From Pseudomonadota bacterium (GTDB lineage Bacteria; Pseudomonadota; Gammaproteobacteria; SURF-13): DNA of 64,000 bases. Positions within the stretch are counted from its first letter, which is position 1, and each line of letters opens with the position of its first letter. A program made the translations under genes and the position numbers. This document shows, in pieces, positions 58,027 through 64,000 of this stretch. Below the pieces are notes generated by a model. It was not told the origin of the DNA. It ran no database searches and saw only the letters and a list, made by a program, of their open reading frames with translations. The DNA lies in NCBI GenBank assembly GCA_041695325.1, contig JBGFRC010000019.1, positions 871 to 64,870 on the forward strand, written 5' to 3'.

Positions 58027-59277
58027 ATGACCCGTTTTACCTACCGCAACGACCAGTTGTACGCCGAGGACGTGGCGCTGCAAGACATCGCGCGCACGCA
58101 CGGCACGCCCTGCTACGTCTATACACGCGCCGGGCTGGAGGCCAACTGGCGCGCCTTCGATCAAGCCTTTGCCGGGCGCGATCATCTGGTCTGTTTCGCG
58201 GTCAAGGCCAGCTCAAATCTGGCGCTGCTGAATCTGCTGGCGCGCCTCGGCTCCGGATTTGACGTGGTGTCGGGGGGGGAGCTTACGCGCGTGCTCGCCG
58301 CGGGAGGCGACGCGCGCAAGGTGGTGTTTTCCGGCGTAGGCAAGCGCGCAGACGAAATGCAGCGCGCGCTGGAGGCCGGCATTTTGTGCTTCAACGTCGA
58401 GTCGGAGGCCGAGTTGCAGCGCCTGAACCGCGTCGCGGGCGAGATGCGGCGCCGCGCGCCCGTGGCATTGCGCGTCAATCCCGACGTGGACGCGCGCACC
58501 CATCCGTATATTTCCACCGGCCTGTCCGGCAGCAAGTTCGGCATCCCTATCGGCGACGCGCCGCGGCTGTATGCCGAGGCGAAGGGCATGGCGCACATCG
58601 AGATCGTCGGAGTAGCTTGCCATATCGGTTCGCAGATTACCGAAGTCGAACCGTTTGTGGACGCGCTAAGCCGCGTGCTCGATCTGGTGTATGAATTGGG
58701 CAAGCAAGGCGTTGTTCTGCGCCACGTTGACGCCGGCGGCGGGCTGGGCATAGCCTACCGTGACGAACGGCCGCCCGCGCCCGCCCGTTACGCGCAGGCG
58801 CTGCTGGAGTTGATGCAGCGGCGCGGGCAAAGGTTCGAGTTGCTGATCGAGCCGGGGCGCGCCATTGCGGGCGACGCGGGCGTGTTGTTGACCAAAGTGG
58901 AATATTTAAAGCAAACCGGCGCCAGGCATTTCGTCGTAGTGGACGCGGCCATGAATGACCTGCTGCGCCCGGCGCTGTACGACGCCTATCATGCGATACA
59001 GCCGGTGCGCCGGCAAAGCGGCGCGCCGCAAGTCTATGAAGTCGTCGGCCCGGTGTGCGAAACCAGTGATTTTCTCGGCCACGAGCGCGCCTTGGTTCTT
59101 GTGGAAGGCGATTTGCTCGCCGTCATGAACGCGGGGGCCTACGGCATGAGCATGAGCTCCAATTACAACACCCGCGTCCGCCCCGCGGAGGTGATGGTGG
59201 ACGGCGCAAAGATGCACCTGGTGCGCGAGCGCGAGCGCGTCACCGACCTGTTCGCCGCCGAGCGCTTGCTGTCTTAA
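58027..59277 (+). CDS. lysA: Diaminopimelate decarboxylase
   Basis: FAVKASSNLALLNLL (PLP Lys), GFDVVSGGEL, HIGSQI, EPGRAIAG, GPVCETSD. Confidence 0.96.
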   Translation: MTRFTYRNDQLYAEDVALQDIARTHGTPCYVYTRAGLEANWRAFDQAFAGRDHLVCFAVKASSNLALLNLLARLGSGFDVVSGGELTRVLAAGGDARKVVFSGVGKRADEMQRALEAGILCFNVESEAELQRLNRVAGEMRRRAPVALRVNPDVDARTHPYISTGLSGSKFGIPIGDAPRLYAEAKGMAHIEIVGVACHIGSQITEVEPFVDALSRVLDLVYELGKQGVVLRHVDAGGGLGIAYRDERPPAPARYAQALLELMQRRGQRFELLIEPGRAIAGDAGVLLTKVEYLKQTGARHFVVVDAAMNDLLRPALYDAYHAIQPVRRQSGAPQVYEVVGPVCETSDFLGHERALVLVEGDLLAVMNAGAYGMSMSSNYNTRVRPAEVMVDGAKMHLVRERERVTDLFAAERLLS

Positions 59278-59343
59278 GCCTCCCCTGCCACAGGATATGC
59301 CCTTATAATAAGGCAAGGGCGCCCTCCTTCAGGAAACCTGTCA

Positions 59344-59877
59344 GTGGAACAATACCACGGAACCACAATAGTATCGGTACGCCGCAACGGCAAGGTGGTG
59401 ATCGGCGGCGACGGCCAGGTATCGCTCGGCAACACCGTGCTGAAGGCCAACGCGCGCAAGGTGCGCCGCCTCTATCACGATCAGGTGATCGCGGGCTTTG
59501 CGGGCGGCACGGCGGACGCCTTCACCCTGTTCGAACGCTTCGAGGGTAAGCTGGAAAAGCACCAGGGTAACCTGCTGCGCGCCGCGGTGGAGCTGGCCAA
59601 GGACTGGCGCACCGACCGCATCCTGCGCCGCCTGGAGGCGCTGCTCGCCGTGGCCGACAAATCCACCTCGCTCATCCTCTCCGGCAACGGCGACGTGATT
59701 GAGCCGGAACAGGGCGTCATGGCCATCGGCTCCGGCGGACCGTACGCGCAATCCGCGGCGCGCGCGCTGCTGGAAAACACCGAGCTCGACGCGCGCGCCA
59801 TCGTGGAAAAGGCGCTTGCCATCGCGGCGGATATTTGCGTCTACACCAACCGCAATCTTGTGCTGGAAGAACTGTAA
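59344..59877 (+). CDS. hslV: ATP-dependent protease subunit HslV, with a 6-residue N-terminal extension before the catalytic Thr
   Basis: [29 protein letters not shown]... GTG 59344 with an AGGAAA SD. No start codon directly precedes TT. Confidence 0.93.
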   Translation: MEQYHGTTIVSVRRNGKVVIGGDGQVSLGNTVLKANARKVRRLYHDQVIAGFAGGTADAFTLFERFEGKLEKHQGNLLRAAVELAKDWRTDRILRRLEALLAVADKSTSLILSGNGDVIEPEQGVMAIGSGGPYAQSAARALLENTELDARAIVEKALAIAADICVYTNRNLVLEEL

Positions 59878-59907
59878 AAACCAGCCGCTCGCCGCCCCTG
59901 TCCTCTT

Positions 59908-61227
59908 ATGCTGACTCCTGATGAAATCGTCCACGAGCTGGACAAGCACATCGTCGGCCAGGCCGCCGCCAAGCGCGCGGTGGCCATCGCGCTGCGCAAC
60001 CGCTGGCGGCGGGCGCAGATCGCTGAGCCCTTGCAGAGCGAGATCACGCCCAAAAACATCCTCATGATAGGCCCCACCGGGGTGGGCAAGACCGAAATCG
60101 CGCGCCGCCTGGCGCGGCTGGCCAACGCGCCGTTCATCAAAGTGGAGGCGACCAAGTTCACCGAGGTGGGCTACGTCGGACGCGACGTGGAAACCATCAT
60201 CCGCGATCTGGTGGACGGCGCCATCAAGATGGCGCGTGAGGAGGAGATGGCCAAGGTGCGCGAGCGCGCCGTGGACAGCGCCGAGGAACGCATCCTGGAT
60301 ATTTTGTTGCGCCCCGCGCGCGGCGCGGTGCCCGCGCCCGCGGAAGAGGAGCCGGCCACGCGCCAGGTGTTCCGCAAAAAGCTGCGTGAGGGCGCGCTCG
60401 ATGAACGCGAGATCGAGGTGGAGGTCAGCGCCATGCCGCTGGGCGTGGAGATCATGGGTCCACCCGGCATGGAGGAGATGACCAGCCAGTTGCAGAGCAT
60501 GTTCCAGAGCCTGGCCGCGGGCCGCACGCGCACGCGCAAGCTGCCGGTGAAAGAGGCCCTGAAGCTCCTTAGCGACGAGGCCGCCGCCAGAATGATAGAC
60601 GAGGAAGCGTTGCGGGCGCGGGCGCTGCGCAGCGTGGAGCAGAACGGCATCGTGTTCCTGGATGAGATAGACAAGATCGCCCGCCGCTCCGAATACGCGG
60701 GCGCCGACGTGTCGCGCGAAGGGGTGCAGCGCGACCTGCTGCCGCTGGTGGAAGGCAGCACCGTGTCCACCAAGTTCGGCATCGTCAAGACCGATCACAT
60801 CCTGTTCATCGCCTCCGGCGCGTTTCACCTCGCCAAGCCGTCCGATCTGATACCGGAACTGCAGGGCCGTTTGCCGATCCGCGTGGAGCTGGACCCGCTG
60901 CGCGTGGAGGACTTCGTGCGCATCCTCACCGAGCCCGATGCCTCGCTCACCAAACAGTACAGCGCCCTGCTCGCCACAGAAGGCGTTGATCTGCGCTTCA
61001 CCGCGGACGGCGTCGCGCGCATCGCCGAGATCGCTTACCGCATCAATGAGCACACCGAGAACATCGGCGCGCGCCGCCTGCACACCGTGCTGGAGCGCCT
61101 GCTGGAGACCGTTTCCTTTGACGCCCCCGCGGAGGCCGGCAGGACGGTGGAAATCAACGCGGCCTACGTGGATCAGCAGCTCGGCGAGCTGGTCAAGGAT
61201 GAAGATCTGTCGCGCTATATCCTGTAA
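59908..61227 (+). CDS. hslU: ATP-dependent protease ATPase subunit HslU
   Basis: [16 protein letters not shown], Walker [33 protein letters not shown]. Confidence 0.97.
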   Translation: MLTPDEIVHELDKHIVGQAAAKRAVAIALRNRWRRAQIAEPLQSEITPKNILMIGPTGVGKTEIARRLARLANAPFIKVEATKFTEVGYVGRDVETIIRDLVDGAIKMAREEEMAKVRERAVDSAEERILDILLRPARGAVPAPAEEEPATRQVFRKKLREGALDEREIEVEVSAMPLGVEIMGPPGMEEMTSQLQSMFQSLAAGRTRTRKLPVKEALKLLSDEAAARMIDEEALRARALRSVEQNGIVFLDEIDKIARRSEYAGADVSREGVQRDLLPLVEGSTVSTKFGIVKTDHILFIASGAFHLAKPSDLIPELQGRLPIRVELDPLRVEDFVRILTEPDASLTKQYSALLATEGVDLRFTADGVARIAEIAYRINEHTENIGARRLHTVLERLLETVSFDAPAEAGRTVEINAAYVDQQLGELVKDEDLSRYIL

Positions 61228-61230
61228 TCC

Positions 61231-61599
61231 ATGAGCCAGACCAGTCCGCGCCCCACCGGCATCATCTTGCACCAGAAATCGCGTCTGCTCGAAATCAGCT
61301 TCGATGACGGCGCGCGTTTTAAACTGCCGTGCGAATACCTGCGCGTGTATTCGCCCTCGGCCGAGGTGCGCGGGCACGGGCCTGGGCAGGAGGTGTTGCA
61401 GACCGGCAAGGAAAACGTCAACATCAGCGCCATCGAACCGGTAGGGAGCTACGCCGTGCGCCTGTGTTTCGACGACGGCCACGACAGCGGGCTTTATTCC
61501 TGGAACCTGCTCTATGAGCTCGGCGCGCGCCAGGAAGAAAAATGGCGCGATTATCTGGAGCGCCTGGAAAAAGCGGGCATACAGCGCGCCGCATTGTAA
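61231..61599 (+). CDS. DUF971 (gamma-butyrobetaine hydroxylase-like N-terminal domain) protein
   Basis: L.ISFDDG..F.LPCEYLRVYSPSAEVRGH..., GSYAVRLCFDDGHDSGLYSW. Confidence 0.8.
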   Translation: MSQTSPRPTGIILHQKSRLLEISFDDGARFKLPCEYLRVYSPSAEVRGHGPGQEVLQTGKENVNISAIEPVGSYAVRLCFDDGHDSGLYSWNLLYELGARQEEKWRDYLERLEKAGIQRAAL

Positions 61600-61605
61600 G
61601 ACACC

Positions 61606-62343
61606 ATGGAAAAAAACACCCACTTTGGTTTTCAAACGGTGAGCGAGGCGGAAAAGGCGCGCAAGGTCGGCGCGGTGTTTGACTCGGTCGCGCCCAACTA
61701 CGATCTCATGAACGATGTCATGTCGTTCGGCGTCCACCGCTGGTGGAAGCACCTTGCCGCGCACCTCGCCGGCGTGCGCGGCAACAGCCGGGTGCTCGAT
61801 CTGGCCGGCGGCACGGGCGACATGGCGGCCCGGCTGGCCGCACGCCTCGGCGCGCAGGGTCAGTTGATCGTCACTGACATCAATCGCGCCATGCTGAGCG
61901 TGGGGCGCGACCGCCTCATCAATGAAGGCGTGGTGGACAACATCCTGTACGTGCAGGCCGACGCCGAGCGCCTGCCGTTCCCGGACGATTACTTCGACTG
62001 CATCACCCTCGCCTTCGGCCTGCGCAACGTCACGCGCAAAGACCAGGCGCTCGCCGCCATGTGCCGCGTGTTAAAACCGGGCGGACGGGTGCTGATCCTG
62101 GAGTTTTCTAAGCCGCGCCTGGCGCAATCCATCTATGACTGGTACTCGTTCAACATCCTGCCCCGGCTTGGCAAATGGATCGCCGGGGACGAGGCGAGCT
62201 ACCGTTACCTCGCCGAATCCATCCGCATGCATCCCGATCAGGATACGCTGAAGGGGATGATGGCCGCGGCGGGCTTCGAGCGCTGCGATTATCTGAACCT
62301 GAGCGGCGGTATCGTCGCCCTGCACCGAGGTTACAAATTTTGA
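61606..62343 (+). CDS. ubiE: Ubiquinone/menaquinone biosynthesis C-methyltransferase
   Basis: THFGFQTV...[45 protein letters not shown]. Confidence 0.96.
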   Translation: MEKNTHFGFQTVSEAEKARKVGAVFDSVAPNYDLMNDVMSFGVHRWWKHLAAHLAGVRGNSRVLDLAGGTGDMAARLAARLGAQGQLIVTDINRAMLSVGRDRLINEGVVDNILYVQADAERLPFPDDYFDCITLAFGLRNVTRKDQALAAMCRVLKPGGRVLILEFSKPRLAQSIYDWYSFNILPRLGKWIAGDEASYRYLAESIRMHPDQDTLKGMMAAAGFERCDYLNLSGGIVALHRGYKF

Positions 62344-62963
62344 ACACGCTCACGCGCTTGTTTGAAAGCGCCCTGAATCACTATCTTCGGCTTGACCCCG
62401 ATGCGCTTTCCCGCCTGAGCGCGCTCTCCGGCAAGGTCATCGCGTTTGAGTCGGGCGGGTTCAGGTGCTGTTTAAAACCCGGCGCCGACGGCATCGAAGT
62501 GCTGGAAAAATTCGACGGCGCGCCCGACGCCGTCATTCGCGGCACACCGTGGGGCATGCTGCGCCTCGCCCTGCCCGGCCATGCGCGCGAGGCGTTCGGT
62601 TCCGGCGCGGTGGAGATCAGCGGCGACGTTGAGCTGGGCCGGCGCTTCAAGCAACTGTTCGACGGCATGGACATAGACTGGGAAGAGCAGCTCTCCGGAG
62701 TAACCGGCGACGTGATCGCGCACCAGATCGGCCGCGCCGCGTGCGCGGCGCGCGGCTTCGGCAGAAACACGCTGGCCACCTTGGGCCGGGACTTCGCGGA
62801 ATACCAGCAGTACGAGGCGCGCACTTTGCCCGCGTCGCACGAGATCATGGAATTCTTGAGCGCCGTGGATACCCTGCGCGACGACACGGCGCGCCTGGAG
62901 GCGCGCATCGCGCGCCTGCAACGGCGGCTTGCCGACAGCAAGGGCGGCGCTGAAGGCGCCTGA
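62340..62963 (+). CDS. ubiJ: Ubiquinone biosynthesis accessory factor UbiJ (SCP2 domain)
   Basis: Located between ubiE and ubi[53 protein letters not shown]. Start uncertain (TTG 62340 overlapping the ubiE stop). Confidence 0.75.
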   Translation: MNTLTRLFESALNHYLRLDPDALSRLSALSGKVIAFESGGFRCCLKPGADGIEVLEKFDGAPDAVIRGTPWGMLRLALPGHAREAFGSGAVEISGDVELGRRFKQLFDGMDIDWEEQLSGVTGDVIAHQIGRAACAARGFGRNTLATLGRDFAEYQQYEARTLPASHEIMEFLSAVDTLRDDTARLEARIARLQRRLADSKGGAEGA

Positions 62964-62964
62964 A

Positions 62965-64000
62965 ATGAAAGCGCCACGCCAGGTGCTGCGCCTGCTGCAC
63001 ATCAACGTCGTGCTGGTGCGGCACGGGCTGGATGAGCTGATCCTGGCCACGCACTTGTTCCGTCCGCTGCGTTACCTGGTGTATTTCCTGCCCTGGTACT
63101 GGCTGCGCGGCAAACGCGCGCCGCGCGGTGAACGCATCCGTCTGGCACTGGAAGAGCTGGGGCCGATCTTCGTCAAGTTCGGGCAACTGCTTTCCACCCG
63201 CCCCGACCTGCTGCCGGACGACGTCGCCGCGGAGCTTGCCCTGTTGCAGGATCGCGTCACGCCGTTTCCGGGTGAACAGGCGCAGCGCATCATCGAGCAG
63301 GCCTACGGCAAGCCCGTGGCGCAGGTATTTCAGGAGTTCGACCCCACGCCGCTCGCCGCCGCGTCCATCGCCCAGGTGCACGCGGCGCGCCTGTTTGACG
63401 GCAGGCAAGTCATCGCCAAGGTGCTGCGTCCCGGCGTGGAAAAGGACATCCGGCGCGATCTGGACCTGCTGTATTTCATCGCCGGACTCGCCGAGCGCTA
63501 CTGGCCGGAGGCGAGACGCCTGCGCCCGCGCGAGGTGGTGGCGGAGTTTGATAAAACCCTGCACGACGAGCTGGACCTGCTGCGCGAGGCGGGCAACGCC
63601 AGTCAGCTGCGGCGCAACTTCGCGGGTTCTGATCTCTTGTACGTGCCGGAAATCATCTGGCCGCTCACGCACCGCAACGTGATGGTGATGGAGCGCATCT
63701 TCGCCACGCCGATCAGCAACGTGGACGCGCTCATCGAGCAAGGCGTCAATCTCAAAACACTTTCCGAGCGCGGCGTGGAAATCTTTTTCACCCAGGTGTT
63801 CCGACACAATTTCTTTCACGCCGACATGCACCCCGGCAACATCTTTGTCGCCAGGGACGGGCGCTACATGGCGGTGGATTTCGGCATCATGGGCACGCTG
63901 GATGAACGCGATCAGCGCTATCTGGCGGAAAACTTCATGGCCTTCTTCAACCGCGACTACAAGCGCGTGGCGCAGGCGCACGTGGAGGCGGGCTGGGTGC
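62965..64000 (+). CDS. ubiB: Ubiquinone biosynthesis protein kinase-like UbiB (ABC1), N-terminal 345 aa; continues past the window end
   Basis: Absent from the ORF track because it is truncated. My translation from ATG 62965 reads MKAPRQVLRLLHI...LEELGPIFVKFGQLLSTRPDLLP...PLAAASIAQVH...FHADMHPGNIFV. Confidence 0.93.
   Translation, partial: MKAPRQVLRLLHINVVLVRHGLDELILATHLFRPLRYLVYFLPWYWLRGKRAPRGERIRLALEELGPIFVKFGQLLSTRPDLLPDDVAAELALLQDRVTPFPGEQAQRIIEQAYGKPVAQVFQEFDPTPLAAASIAQVHAARLFDGRQVIAKVLRPGVEKDIRRDLDLLYFIAGLAERYWPEARRLRPREVVAEFDKTLHDELDLLREAGNASQLRRNFAGSDLLYVPEIIWPLTHRNVMVMERIFATPISNVDALIEQGVNLKTLSERGVEIFFTQVFRHNFFHADMHPGNIFVARDGRYMAVDFGIMGTLDERDQRYLAENFMAFFNRDYKRVAQAHVEAGWV

Noticed and set aside
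59262-59343. Sigma32 promoter upstream of hslVU
   Set aside because: CTTGCTG...CCCCTGCC resembles the -35 and -10 heat-shock boxes, but the spacer is only ~10-11 nt, too short for the consensus 13-17 nt.
59341-61764. 807-aa minus-strand ORF spanning the hslV, hslU, DUF971 and ubiE region
   Set aside because: It lies antisense to four genes with unmistakable family motifs. Its translation is low-complexity and Arg/Ala/Gly/His-rich, typical of stop-free antisense frames in GC-rich DNA.
62845-63981. 378-aa minus-strand ORF (also 62381-63050)
   Set aside because: Antisense to ubiJ and ubiB. UbiB motifs (FVKFGQLLSTRPDLLP, HADMHPGN) are on the plus strand.

Overview
GC-rich chromosomal window with gammaproteobacterial-style synteny, mostly housekeeping genes. 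In order: glyQS; a sigma54/NtrC-controlled glnA separated from ntrBC by an M23-peptidase/bactofilin/DUF4124 insert; coaD-rsmD; two M16 peptidases; ftsYEX-rpoH; bioBFHCD; comF. A complete ~17 kb MSHA-type type IVa pilus locus follows (22.6-39.7 kb, minus strand, gene order mshI-J-K-L-M-N-E-G-F-A-C-D-O-P as in Vibrio). Then come trmB-thiGS, tRNA-Gly(CCC), sixA, a small Pho cluster (porin, phoX, orphan phoB), an EAL-CBS-GGDEF protein, xseB-ispA-dxs, queD, cspA, lptM-lysA and hslVU-DUF971-ubiEJB. No rRNA, CRISPR array, integrase, transposase or recognisable defence operon was seen. I cannot point to a clear novel multi-gene system. The most unusual items are: (1) an M48 metalloprotease fused to a C-terminal type IV pilin-like domain; (2) a 596-aa MshP-like protein with three ~125-aa internal repeats at the end of the MSHA locus, plus a Wzy_C/TPR ligase-like gene and an unknown membrane protein embedded in the locus; (3) hairpin-chain MITE-like elements with terminal inverted repeats (TIRs) and 4-bp target duplications, one inserted in frame (52 codons) into the signal peptide of MshK and several abutting or supplying stop codons of phoX, ispA, ntrC and phoB; (4) GC-rich nested-palindrome REP-like elements, one in frame inside rsmD next to the DPPF motif and one providing the glyQ stop codon. 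All product calls come from reading the translations and recalling family motifs, with no database search. Many long ORFs in the track are antisense artefacts of the high GC content.
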